This document shows positions 9,249-19,155 of a stretch of DNA of 64,000 nucleotides, in pieces. The translations under genes and the position numbers were made by a program. Under the pieces are notes generated by a model. That model worked only from the letters and a program-made list of their open reading frames with translations, did not search any database and was not told where the DNA came from. Each line of letters opens with the position of its first letter. Position 1 is the stretch's first letter. The DNA is from an uncultured delta proteobacterium (GTDB taxonomy: Bacteria; Desulfobacterota; Binatia; UBA9968), in the NCBI GenBank assembly GCA_963745035.1, contig CAVUVW010000027.1, positions 224,001 to 288,000 on the forward strand. The letters are read 5' to 3'.

Positions 9249-10461
9249 GCGAGTTGCGGGGAAAGACAGGGATCATCCTCGTGCTCCTTTGCTCGCCGTC
9301 GGCGCCCCAAGGGCGCCGCCGCTGCGGCGTGCCCTGTGCGGCGACAAACCACTCCAGCAGCGCGGCGACGGCGATCATGATGACGACGCCTGCCGCATCG
9401 ATACGGCAAACTGCATGGCAAGACCGCCGAAGAATTCATTGAGCACCAGGTGGCCCAAGACCGAGAGCAGGATGCCGAGGCAGAAGATATAGAGGGAGTT
9501 GCGCCCGCAGACGAGGAAAGGCCATGCGGCCGAGCTGGTCAAAAACCGCGCCTGCTGGCGGATCAGGCTCGCGGCGAGCAGCGCGACCGCGAGCACGTTC
9601 ACTAGGCGAAGAAGTCCCAGATCCGTTTTGCTCAAGAACGACCATAACGGTTTGCGCTGACCAAGACTGGAAGCGGATCATAGAAGCCGTGCAGTGTCCA
9701 GTTGAACCGAATCACGAACCCCGCCAGTGAGAGCGCTGCGGCCAGCCAGAACAGCCAGCGACTGCCGAGCCAGGAAACCCCACCACGAAGGTTGCGCCAG
9801 CCAAACCATGCGCCCAGCATGAAAGAGCGCCTGCCAGGCGAACGGATTTAAGAACCATACCCGATCCGGGCCGGGATACGCCGACAGCGCGATTCGATTG
9901 TCGAACTGCACCGCCAGCCACAGCGCGAACGAGACCAAGCATATCACCGCCGGCCAGGATCGGAACCCGACTCAGCACGACGGGGAGAACCGCCAGCAGC
10001 ACAATGTAGAGCGGCAGGATGTCCATGAAGGCGGGTTGGAACTGCAGTATCAACGCCTGGACCAGCGCCAAGCCGGGCTCGTTCAGAAAATTGGTGGCGC
10101 CAAACTCCTCGCTATAAAGCGATTTGTTGAGGGTACCCTCGGTGTAGGCCACCACCGCCAGGAATACCATGAACAGAAATATGTGGGCGACGTAGAGCTG
10201 CCAAACCCGGTGGTATACGCGAACGCCGGCGGCAAGGAAACCCTGACGCTCCAGGGCGCGACCGTACACCATGCCGGCGGTATAGCCGGAGATCAGGATG
10301 AAGACCTCGGCAGCATCGGCGAACATCACCGATTGAAGTGTAAACGCCGCCAGGATGTTGTTCGGGAGATGATCGAGAAAGATGCAGAAGAGGGCGAGAC
10401 CGCGGAAGAAATCAAGCCGGAGGTCGCGCTCCATAGCCAAAGGATGACTCGCGACAGCCAT
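9236..10461 (-). CDS. opgC: OpgC-domain membrane acyl(succinyl)transferase, multiple frameshifts; 3' end approximate
   Basis: RDLRLDFFRGLAL, DAAEVFILISG, DILPLY, WFLNPFAWQ, SKTDLGLLRL, GRNSLYIF spread over successive frames. Confidence 0.85.
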
Positions 10462-10638
10462 CAGATCAACTCCGCGTCAAAAACACAGCGTATGAAAAGC
10501 AGCCTCGACAAACGCTCTACCGGAATATTCCTATCGGATATCGGCGCCAATTTAAACCCGATCGGTGCCATCGATAGGGTATCGATTTCGGATCGCGGAC
10601 TTGCCGAAGACAGGAGGGACGATTGCCGCGTCACCCAC

Positions 10639-10686
10639 GAGTTCATGAAGGGCTCGCTCTATCACGTGACGGCGCGTGGCAACGAT
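10639..10686 (+). pseudogene. Short remnant of a REP-associated tyrosine (Y1/RAYT-like) transposase N-terminus
   Basis: Translates to EFMKGSLYHVTARGND, resembling the RAYT N-terminal motif EF.GA.YHVT.RGN; stops shortly afterwards. Confidence 0.5.
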
Positions 10687-10827
10687 TCAACATGCAAGTG
10701 CTGATCCAATGCTTTAAATGTGTTCAGCGCGCCGCGCGCACATGAACTACGCCGACTCCTTGCAAGCATATCGTTTCTTCACCGAGGCGCCGCTATCTCG
10801 TCAGGCAGCGGGATAGCGGCGGATGCC

Positions 10828-11582
10828 TCAGAGGATGGCGGCCAGTTTGCCGATCGCCTGCGACGCCCCTTGTCGATGGGATCGCCGTGGCCGAAAACGG
10901 CGCGCTGGAACGTGAGCTTCGCGAGCTTCTTCACACTCTGGTGCGCCTGGGCCATGTCGGCGGTGTACTGGGGATTAGGACCGGCGAGTTTGTTGCCGGT
11001 GTTGTTCATGGCGTCGCCCAGGATGAGCAGCGACCCCGCCGGATCGAACACACATACGTGACCCAGTGTATGGCCGGGCGTCGCGATCACGCGTAGGCCG
11101 AACACTTCGTCGTTGTCAGCGACAGCCTTGAGCGGGCGCGGCGACTTGATTTGCGGGATGTCCGCAGCGCCGGCGTATGCCGTCGCCTTGGCGGCCGCGC
11201 CTAGCACTTCTCCTACGCTGCCAATGTGATCGGGATGATAGTGAGTCAGGATGACGTGGTGAACCGCGTCCCAACTCAGGCCCGCGGTGCGAACGACGTC
11301 CGCGATCTTCGACGCGTTGCCGGCCGTGCCCGTGTCGACGACCGCCGCCTCCTTCCCGCGTACAAGAACGTAGGCGTTAACGAAACCCAGGTTGACCTGA
11401 AGGGCTTGGGCTGGTCCCAGATTCTGCGCGTGGGCGATCCCGGTTGCGAGATTGCGGTCGCCGATGGCGATACTCCATCCGCTGCGCCCGAAACCGAAAT
11501 TGAGCTCGTTCCATACGGCGAAACTGCCGACGGCGACCTGTGCCAACCACGTTCGGCGACTGATTTGTTGAGCTTTCTCCAT
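10828..11582 (-). CDS. MBL-fold metallo-hydrolase with twin-arginine-like leader (probable C-terminal frameshift)
   Basis: SRRTWL, VVDTG, THYHPDHIG, TPGHT, GD, FGHG; shifted tail SQAIGKLAAIL ends at TGA 10828-10830. Confidence 0.85.
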
Positions 11583-11699
11583 TGAGTACCTCCAGACTTC
11601 AAGACAAGCCCTTCTTATGCACGCGTATCGGAAAACATTCAGGACTGTCTCGTCTCATCCTTCGAAAGTCAATTCTGTGGACGAGCAAACTAGATATGT

Positions 11700-12748
11700 A
11701 ATGCTTATACGGTTGTTTCAGCAAGCCCCAATAGGTTGTGTGTTTATCCATGATTGAAAGTTTTGGCCAAATCCTGAGCGCCTCGAATGCGGCCGTAAGC
11801 TGTAGGCCGCTGTTGAGTTCCCAGACCGAGCAAGGTCTGGAAAGCGGCCATGGGTTGGTGACGCCGATTGTGGCGAAAAACAAACTCATCGAGGTAAACC
11901 TGGAGTTGCCCGCGGCTGACACCGTGGTAGGTGCCGATCAACCATTGCTGGAGGTTGCCCATAGCGCGGTCAGCCAAGGGCACCACCGATTTGGCTCCCT
12001 TGCGCAATTCGTTTGTCTTCGGTTGCACCCGCGCGATGTGCCGATACCCGCTTTGGTCCAAACCCGTGAAACTCTTCAGAGCATCGGTGTAGAGGGTCGA
12101 GCCAGGAGCAATGTGCTTGTGGATAAATCCACTAAGCGTGGTTGCTTTAAAGTCTGGGATCACACCCATTCGCACTCGCCCCGACGCCTTGCCGCGTTTC
12201 TCAACGGCCACCAGGACAAGAGCGGCTCGACGCCCTTTAAGTTGACGACTACCACGCAATCCCACCTGGGGACCGCCGATCCAAGCTTCATCAATCTCTA
12301 CCTCTCCATGCAGAGGCTCGCGGGCCAAGTTGACCATCGCTCGGCGCAGCTTGTGAAGCATCATCCAGGCCGTTTCGTAACGCTTCAGTTCCAGTTGACG
12401 CTGGAGCAAAAGCGCAGAAATCCCACGCTTATCAGTCGTCATCAGGTACGTCGCCCAAAACCACAAGACCAACGATATTTTGGTGTTGTGGAGAATAGTC
12501 CCCGAGGTCAGAGACACCTGATGTCGACACGCGGCACACTGCCAGAGTCGCCTCAGGACATACGCGCGCTGGTTCCCGCACCGTGGACACTTAAATCCGT
12601 CTGGCCAACGGCACATAGCCAGATACTCCTGACAGGCCTCTTCGCTAGCGAACTGCCGCTGGAATTCTCGCACACTACGGGGAAACGCGGGCCGTGCCAT
12701 GCCCGCACACTATATGTTGGGTTTTGCTGAAACAACCGTATAAGCATT
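11700..12748. mobile_element. Complete IS1595-family insertion sequence (1049 bp)
   Basis: Perfect 25-bp TIRs AATGCTTATACGGTTGTTTCAGCAA (11700-11724 / 12724-12748); 8-bp TSD AGATATGT (11692-11699 and 12749-12756). Confidence 0.95.
11744..12700 (-). CDS. IS1595 family DDE transposase
   Basis: Zn ribbon CPRC...CAAC, HTH region AWMMLHKLR, VEIDE, YTD, YLDEFVFRHNRR. Confidence 0.95.
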   Translation of the reverse strand: MARPAFPRSVREFQRQFASEEACQEYLAMCRWPDGFKCPRCGNQRAYVLRRLWQCAACRHQVSLTSGTILHNTKISLVLWFWATYLMTTDKRGISALLLQRQLELKRYETAWMMLHKLRRAMVNLAREPLHGEVEIDEAWIGGPQVGLRGSRQLKGRRAALVLVAVEKRGKASGRVRMGVIPDFKATTLSGFIHKHIAPGSTLYTDALKSFTGLDQSGYRHIARVQPKTNELRKGAKSVVPLADRAMGNLQQWLIGTYHGVSRGQLQVYLDEFVFRHNRRHQPMAAFQTLLGLGTQQRPTAYGRIRGAQDLAKTFNHG

Positions 12749-13229
12749 AGATATGTAGCGCCTGTCTAACCTGCTGGACCAACACTGCGGGCGGCAATGA
12801 AGCGTCCAGACTGAGCGCGCTTTGTGGTGTTTCTAGTGTGGCAAGCTGATTTTCGAGCAGTGACGGGTTCATGAAATGACCCTTGCGGTGTTCCAGCCGG
12901 CGCCGTATCACGTCTGGCGTTGCCGCTAACTGAACAAAGACGACGTCCTCGTTCACACGCAAGCGCGCGCGATAGTGCCGCTTTAAAGCAGAACAAGCCA
13001 GAATGCCGTTCTCATTATTCTCCAAAGCCGCCTGAATAACAGCGCGCAATGCGTCAAGCCATGATCGCCGATCCGTATCCGTCAATGGCTGGCCTCGACG
13101 CATCTTTTCAATATTGCCTGCAGGATGGAATTCATCCCCTTCGTAGAACCGCCAGCCGAGCTCTTGTGCCAGAAGCTTGCCGACCGTGGTTTTTCCCACG
13201 CCGGCTACGCCCATGAAAATGATAAACAT
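12747..13229 (-). CDS. gntK: Gluconokinase
   Basis: GVAGVGKTT Walker A, EGDEFHP, PLTDTDR, ACSALKRHYR, GHFM. Confidence 0.9.
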   Translation of the reverse strand: MFIIFMGVAGVGKTTVGKLLAQELGWRFYEGDEFHPAGNIEKMRRGQPLTDTDRRSWLDALRAVIQAALENNENGILACSALKRHYRARLRVNEDVVFVQLAATPDVIRRRLEHRKGHFMNPSLLENQLATLETPQSALSLDASLPPAVLVQQVRQALHI

Positions 13230-13445
13230 GGTGCTTGCGTGGTAGCATGCCATGGAATGGCGAGTGACTCTACGGCGGGTCGCGGAAAAGCACTGACCAA
13301 GTCTTTTGCAATGATATTTGCAGTGGACTCGACCCGCTACGACTGCTCACCAATGAACCGACCACGCTATCCGCAAGGGCGTTTGACAGAAGTCAGAATG
13401 TTAGCCATTTTATAGGGGATAACTTACGCCCCGGGAGAGGAAGCT

Positions 13446-14351
13446 ATGAAGACACTGCGATTGGAAACCACTGCGCCGTTCCAAGGCTTGGCTGAGCTTG
13501 TGGCCTATGACGAGGGCCTGTTCGAGAAGGAAGGCATCCAGATCGAGTGGATGGACCGCGAGAAGGGCGTCGACAAGAGCCCGCAGCTGAACATCACGGA
13601 TCACAAGGAAGCCTCGCGCTACACGAGCCACGGCAAAATGATGGAGCAGGGCCAGGCCGACCTCTACAACGCTTGCGAATGGGGCAATTTCTCGCGCGTT
13701 GAAACCACCGACGTCGGCAGTCGGCAGATGGGCCGTCGCTCCATGGTGAATTTCGCTGGGATCGTGGTCCGAGCAGATTCGCCGGTGCAGGTGCCTCAGC
13801 AATTCGCCAACGTGCAGATCGGCGTTCCTTTTTACAGCGGCACACACTATCTGTGTTTGCAGATGCTGGAAGGCTTCGTGCCGCGCGAGCTGATCAAGAT
13901 CGGCCGCGTGCCGAATGGCTCCAATTATCGCTTCAAGATGCTCATGGATAAGACGATCGAAGCGACGACTCTGACCGAACCGTATATTTCGTTAGCCGAG
14001 AAAATGGGTTGTCGCGTCGTCATCTCGGCTTTCCATCACGGCACCGACGTGGCTTCGGCCCGTGTCGATGCCGAAACTTACGCCGCCTTCAACCGCGCGA
14101 TCCGCGAAGCCGTGCGGCGCATCATGGCGAACAAGCGCGCCTATCTGCACTACTTCATCGACTATTACCGCGATCGCGATCCGCAGATCAGTCAGCTCAC
14201 CATCGACGATCTGCGCGAGAGCCGCCTCTATCTGGTCGACCCGGCACCGATACCGGCCGATGAGCTGCAACGCACCTACGACTGGATGAAGAGTTGGGAT
14301 TTTCTCGAGACCGCGCCCTGCGCGGCGAATCTCGTCAATATGAACGCGTAG
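13446..14351 (+). CDS. NMT1/TauA-like PBP-fold protein lacking a signal peptide
   Basis: VAYDEGLFEKEGIQIEW, DLYNACEWG, GTHY, TLTEPY; no hydrophobic leader. Confidence 0.75.
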   Translation: MKTLRLETTAPFQGLAELVAYDEGLFEKEGIQIEWMDREKGVDKSPQLNITDHKEASRYTSHGKMMEQGQADLYNACEWGNFSRVETTDVGSRQMGRRSMVNFAGIVVRADSPVQVPQQFANVQIGVPFYSGTHYLCLQMLEGFVPRELIKIGRVPNGSNYRFKMLMDKTIEATTLTEPYISLAEKMGCRVVISAFHHGTDVASARVDAETYAAFNRAIREAVRRIMANKRAYLHYFIDYYRDRDPQISQLTIDDLRESRLYLVDPAPIPADELQRTYDWMKSWDFLETAPCAANLVNMNA

Positions 14352-14386
14352 AAGCCGGCGCGAGCGGGCTGGCTGGGCTGGTCAGC

Positions 14387-14429
14387 CGTTCCGCCGTTCA
14401 TCCGCTGCGCTCGGTTAAAACCGTTCAAG
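14387..14429. repeat. GTTC/GAAC-family intergenic repeat
   Basis: cgttccgccgttcatccgctgcgctcggttaaaaccgttcaag between convergent genes; inverse homolog of 5074-5119. Confidence 0.6.
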
Positions 14430-14510
14430 AAATAGGCGCGGAGTTTCAGAGACCAGCGCTGGTTCTATGGTCTCGATGTGGGCGGAACCGAGGACACAAT
14501 CTTCTGCGGC

Positions 14511-15734
14511 CTAGCGCCACAGTTCTCGGCTCGCTAATTTTGCTCCCTCGCTCAAAGCGTAAAGTTTGGCAAGGGCCAGATTCGCATCGGGAAAGTGGCG
14601 CAAGCCGCAATCGGTGCAGGCGATGACGTTTTCTTTGCCGATGAGTTTGGCAAAGCGGACGATGCGTTCGGCCACCAGCTCCGGATGTTCGATAAAATAG
14701 GTTGTGTCGTCGATCACTCCGGGAAAGAGAATTTTTCCCTCCGGCAGTTTTCGTGCCTCCCAGATCTTCCACTCGTGAGCATGGCGCGGATTGGCCGACT
14801 CGATGGTGATGCCCGTGGCTTGGGCCTTAAGCACGATGTCGATGATGTCGCTCAGCGCGATGTCCCGGTGGTGCGGTCCTTCGTAGTTGCCCCAGCAAAT
14901 ATGGATGCGTACTTGCTCGGGTGGAATCGTCTTGAGCGCGTAATTGAGACATTCGACATGCTGCTCGATGACCTTGCGAAATTGTTTGACGTTTAGGTCG
15001 GCGTAGTCCGTGTTGGCGCCGGAAGCGAGGTCCGGGCAATCGAGTTGCAAGACGAAACCCGCCGCGACGATCGCTTGATATTCCCGGCGCATGACATCAG
15101 CGACTGCCTGCAAATAAGTTTCTTCATCGGCATAGTATTCGTTCCTGAAAAAACGCGCGAAACAACCGGGTGACAAGGCCGACATGAAAACGTCGTGCGG
15201 ATGCGCCGTCGCAGCCGCCGCCGCGAGCCGGGCGATGTCGATTTCCACGGCGGCGAAGTCGCACCAGTTCAGCGGGCCGGCGCAGACGTAAGCCACGCCG
15301 CTGTTGTCGTGAGCGTCGCTCTGGCTGCGGGCAAGGTCATGAAACTCGGCGATGTCGGTCCGGAAGTGCCGTGGCGCGCCTTCGATATCGCTCCTCGCTA
15401 ACCCGGTTTCGCGCGGACGAACGATTCCTCGATCGACGCTCCAGGGCGCGGCGCCGTGTGCCCGGGAGCGAGCTATCTTTTCGAGACCGCCAACGCGGTG
15501 CACGACATAGTCATTCCACGAAGTTTTACTGAGCTCGCCGTCGTCGACAATATCGACGCCGACTTCAATTTGCTGCCGCACTACTGCGTCGATGCCGCTC
15601 GTCAGTGCCGCGTCATGCGCTGCCTGATCATAGGTTTCACCGCGGCGCTTTGCCGCAAGACCGCGGCGAACCAACTCCGGCAACGGCAGGCTGCCGGTGT
15701 GGGTGGTGAGAATGCGCTCGGTACTGCGCTTCAA
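14511..15734 (-). CDS. Cobalamin-independent methionine synthase II family protein (Zn thiol-alkylation fold)
   Basis: TTG start after GAGGAG; ILTTHTGSLP, DGE, LQLDCP, HICWGN, ESANPRH, PGVI, DCG. Confidence 0.88.
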   Translation of the reverse strand: MKRSTERILTTHTGSLPLPELVRRGLAAKRRGETYDQAAHDAALTSGIDAVVRQQIEVGVDIVDDGELSKTSWNDYVVHRVGGLEKIARSRAHGAAPWSVDRGIVRPRETGLARSDIEGAPRHFRTDIAEFHDLARSQSDAHDNSGVAYVCAGPLNWCDFAAVEIDIARLAAAAATAHPHDVFMSALSPGCFARFFRNEYYADEETYLQAVADVMRREYQAIVAAGFVLQLDCPDLASGANTDYADLNVKQFRKVIEQHVECLNYALKTIPPEQVRIHICWGNYEGPHHRDIALSDIIDIVLKAQATGITIESANPRHAHEWKIWEARKLPEGKILFPGVIDDTTYFIEHPELVAERIVRFAKLIGKENVIACTDCGLRHFPDANLALAKLYALSEGAKLASRELWR

Positions 15735-15765
15735 TGTAAATTTCTCCTCGGCGGTCTCTCCCTGA

Positions 15766-16953
15766 TCAACGCCACAGCTCGCGGGTCGCCAATCGGGCGC
15801 CTTCCGCCAAGGCGGCGAACTTGAGGTAAGCCACGCTCGGATGAGTGTCGTTGAACCGCAGGGCGGAAGCGGCAAAGCCGCAGTCGGCGCCGGCGATGAC
15901 GTTCTCGCGGCCGACGAGCTTGGCGAAGCGCACGATACGTTCGGCGATCAATTCCGGATGTTCTACCAGGTTGGTGGTGTGGCTGATGACGCCCGGTATG
16001 AGGATTTTACCGTCGGGGAGCTTCACGCGTTCGAAGACATGGTATTCGTGTTCGTGGCGCGGGTTCGCCGCTTCGAACGAGTAGGCGCCGGCGTTGATCT
16101 TCAGCATGATATCGATGATGTCCTTGAGATCCATTTCGTGGATGCGCGGGCCGACGTCGATGCTGTAGCAGGTATGGAAGCGGACTTTTTCGGGCGGGAT
16201 GCCGCGGAGCGAATCATTGATCGCCTCGACGCGCTCGGACGCCCACTTTCTGCAGTCTGCGACGCTGAGCTCCGGGTGCATCATGTAATAGGTGACCAGG
16301 CGCGGATCATCGATCTGGAGAATAAATCCGGCTTCGACAATCGCCTTGTACTCTTCGCGCATCGCGTCGGATACGGCTTGCTCGTACTCTTCGTGGGTGC
16401 GGTAGTATTCGTTGGCAAACGTGGCGGCGACATAGGAAGACGCGATCGCAGGCATGAAGACGTCTTCGTGGGCGCGACCCTTTACTGCCGCCTTCAGATT
16501 GGCAATGTCCGTCTGCACGGCCTCGTGGCCTCGATAGCTGACCGGCCCCGTGCACGTGTCAACACTGTTTGCGCGCCCGCCGCTGCGGCCGCCAAACGGC
16601 TCGGCGATGCGCTCTGACCAAGCGTAATAGTCGGGAAAAGAGAGATATTCCCGGCCGGCCGCTCGCGGTCGCACTGTCCCAGGAGCGATAGGCTTGCGCT
16701 CGAAGCCGGTGAAGCGCTCGATAATGTAACTGAAAAAGCCCGATTTGCCCTGCTCGCCGTCGGTGACGATATCGATGCCCGCTTCGACTTGTTTCCGGAC
16801 AACCTGCTCAACGGACTCGCGCACAACCCTTGCGAGTTCGTCGCGGTCGTGGGGCTTCCCTTCCTCGCGCAGGCGAAGAAGCGCCGTCAAGGAATCGGAC
16901 CGGGCCAAGCTGCCCACATGAGTGGTGAGAATTCTCTCCGTGCTCTGCTTCAT
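15766..16953 (-). CDS. Cobalamin-independent methionine synthase II family protein (paralog)
   Basis: ILTTHVGSL, DGEQGK, LQIDDP, HTCYS, EAANPRHEHE, DCGF. Confidence 0.88.
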   Translation of the reverse strand: MKQSTERILTTHVGSLARSDSLTALLRLREEGKPHDRDELARVVRESVEQVVRKQVEAGIDIVTDGEQGKSGFFSYIIERFTGFERKPIAPGTVRPRAAGREYLSFPDYYAWSERIAEPFGGRSGGRANSVDTCTGPVSYRGHEAVQTDIANLKAAVKGRAHEDVFMPAIASSYVAATFANEYYRTHEEYEQAVSDAMREEYKAIVEAGFILQIDDPRLVTYYMMHPELSVADCRKWASERVEAINDSLRGIPPEKVRFHTCYSIDVGPRIHEMDLKDIIDIMLKINAGAYSFEAANPRHEHEYHVFERVKLPDGKILIPGVISHTTNLVEHPELIAERIVRFAKLVGRENVIAGADCGFAASALRFNDTHPSVAYLKFAALAEGARLATRELWR

Positions 16954-17017
16954 GTGATTTCTTTTCAATTCGCTGTTGATGTAATTGCTGCTGGATACCA
17001 AGAAAAGGCAACAAACC

Positions 17018-17440
17018 TTATTCTTGAGGCTTGAAGCGCTCTGTGGGAACTACTGCCATGACTTCGAGTTCCACCATCAGATCGGGGTGCGCTAAACGGA
17101 CGACACCGATGAGTGCGCTGGTCGGAAGATCCGACTTGAAAAACTTAGCGCGTTCGTCGCTCACCCGATGATACTCTTCTACATCGGTCGTAAACGTTGT
17201 CGTCTTGACCACGTCGGCGTAGTCGCCGCCAACTGCGCGTAGGGCACGGCCAATATTCTCGCAGCACTGTCTCAGTTGCGCTCGCATATCGCCGCGATGA
17301 ACCGGCTGGGCATCTACTTCGCTGCGGGAGGTCATGCCGGCAATAAACACCAACGTGCCTCCTGTGACAGCGACGACTTGCGAATGGGATTTTCGAACGG
17401 GCAGGTCTTTCGGTTGAACGATTCTTTTTGAATTGGCCAT
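17018..17440 (-). CDS. Rid (YjgF/YER057c/UK114) family protein
   Basis: VFIAG, DVVKTTTF, PTSALIGVVRLAHPDLMVELE. Confidence 0.88.
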   Translation of the reverse strand: MANSKRIVQPKDLPVRKSHSQVVAVTGGTLVFIAGMTSRSEVDAQPVHRGDMRAQLRQCCENIGRALRAVGGDYADVVKTTTFTTDVEEYHRVSDERAKFFKSDLPTSALIGVVRLAHPDLMVELEVMAVVPTERFKPQE

Positions 17441-17459
17441 ACGCTTTTCCCCGGCATTC

Positions 17460-18482
17460 TTACGGATTGAAACCCAATATTTTGTTGACCTCGATGACGG
17501 CTCTGTTGACCAGATCAACGTCGTTTTGACTGAGATAAATCACGTCTTTCCCTTGCACGTAGTCATACATTTTCGTTCCCGGGACGAAAGCTGAACTCTG
17601 ACCGTTGTGGCGCTCCCATATCGATTGAGCGTCGGGTGTAAGCAGAAAAGATGCGAAGAGATGCGCCGCATTCGTCCGGCGCGAGCCTTTAAGTACGCCT
17701 ACGTGATAGGCGGGCGCGACCACGGGTTGGACCTGGGCGTGTTCCAAAGGAGCGCCTTCTTTCTGCGCGCGAATGATGAAGCTGTTCGTCAAGGTTGTGG
17801 TCAACGCAATTTCACCGATCTGCAGCCGGGTATAGAGCTCACCCAATTTTCCCGGCACCGGATTTTGCTTCGCTAATGCCCGCCCGAAGTCGAGAAACTT
17901 TTTCTCGCCCCATCGAATCGCGAGATAGTCGATGTGTCCCACGCCCGTGACCATGCCGAGCTTTCCCTTCCACTTGGGATCGAGGAGATCCTCCCATCGT
18001 TTCGGAATGTCTTTCGGATCCATGTTCTTCGAGTTGTAGGCCGGCAAAACGACCTGATTCGCGAAAGAAACCGTGCCGTTGTTGTAGTGAATCGCCTTTT
18101 CGCTCACTCCCAGGCGTCTGTAATCGAATGGGACGTGAAGTTTGCGCTTCCAAATCGATCCGTGAAGCGCGTCAATGAGAACCATAACATCCCACTGCGG
18201 AGGGTTCCCCGCGGCGGCTTCGCTGATGTATTTACTGACATCCGCCGTCATACTGCCCGATGGGGAATAGTTGACTCTGATATCGGTGCTGAACCTTTTG
18301 TTGAACGCCTCCTCGAGCTGCTTTGTCCCTTGCGCGGTCAACGTGCCGGGCGCGTAGAATTCGAGCGGGCCTTCCTTTTTGGCTGCGGCAATGACCTGTT
18401 CTACGGTCGCTGCGTTCAATTTCAAGCTGGGAAAGAAAAGAGGTGAAACAAACAGAAGCGAAAAAAATGCCAACGTTCTCAT
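17460..18482 (-). CDS. Extracellular solute-binding protein (AfuA-like)
   Basis: Signal peptide, AAKKEGPLEFY, AYN, WEDLLDPKWKGK, NAAHLF. Confidence 0.88.
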   Translation of the reverse strand: MRTLAFFSLLFVSPLFFPSLKLNAATVEQVIAAAKKEGPLEFYAPGTLTAQGTKQLEEAFNKRFSTDIRVNYSPSGSMTADVSKYISEAAAGNPPQWDVMVLIDALHGSIWKRKLHVPFDYRRLGVSEKAIHYNNGTVSFANQVVLPAYNSKNMDPKDIPKRWEDLLDPKWKGKLGMVTGVGHIDYLAIRWGEKKFLDFGRALAKQNPVPGKLGELYTRLQIGEIALTTTLTNSFIIRAQKEGAPLEHAQVQPVVAPAYHVGVLKGSRRTNAAHLFASFLLTPDAQSIWERHNGQSSAFVPGTKMYDYVQGKDVIYLSQNDVDLVNRAVIEVNKILGFNP

Positions 18483-18680
18483 CTTCAAATTCTCCTCGCA
18501 ATGGCTCTGCAACGGACCCAATAATTTGGTGTGAAGAACGTGGCTACTGACTTATGCCATGCCCGACTGCCTGTCAATCGAGATCGATGGTTGCGCGCTT
18601 TGCTTGAGTTAACGAAAGATGTTTGGCTTTTTATTTCGCTTTATATAGCGTAACGGGAGTTCAAGAGGGGAGAGGGAGAT

Positions 18681-19106
18681 ATGGCTAACGCCAACAAGAA
18701 AATAGTTCAACCAAAAGACCTACCCAAGCGGGCGACGCATTCTCAAGTCGTAACCGTGACCGGCGGAGTGCTCGTTTTCATCGCCGGCATGACTTCGAGA
18801 AGCGAAAAAGACGCGGCGCCCGTCCACGCCGGCGACATGCGCGCACAGGTTCGTCAAATTTGCGAGAACCTCGCCCGGGCTTTGCGGTCGGTTGGCGGCG
18901 AATTCTCCGACATCGTAAAGACGACGATTTTCACTACCGACGTTGATGAGTTCCGCAATGCGAATGAGGTCCGTTACGAATACTTTCAATCAGACTACCC
19001 GACCGGCTCGCTCATTGGTGTGAAGCGTCTCGCTCATCCCGACCTCATGGTCGAAATCGAAGCGATGGCGGTCATCCCGCCTGATCGGTTCAAGCCTGTA
19101 GAGTAG
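18681..19106 (+). CDS. Rid family protein (close paralog of 17018-17440)
   Basis: IVQPKDLP, VFIAGMTSRSE, RLAHPDLMVEIE. Confidence 0.88.
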   Translation: MANANKKIVQPKDLPKRATHSQVVTVTGGVLVFIAGMTSRSEKDAAPVHAGDMRAQVRQICENLARALRSVGGEFSDIVKTTIFTTDVDEFRNANEVRYEYFQSDYPTGSLIGVKRLAHPDLMVEIEAMAVIPPDRFKPVE

Positions 19107-19155
19107 GGTGGTTCTTGAATCGGTTTGGGGTTTTGGCCGATTATCTCTTGTCGCA

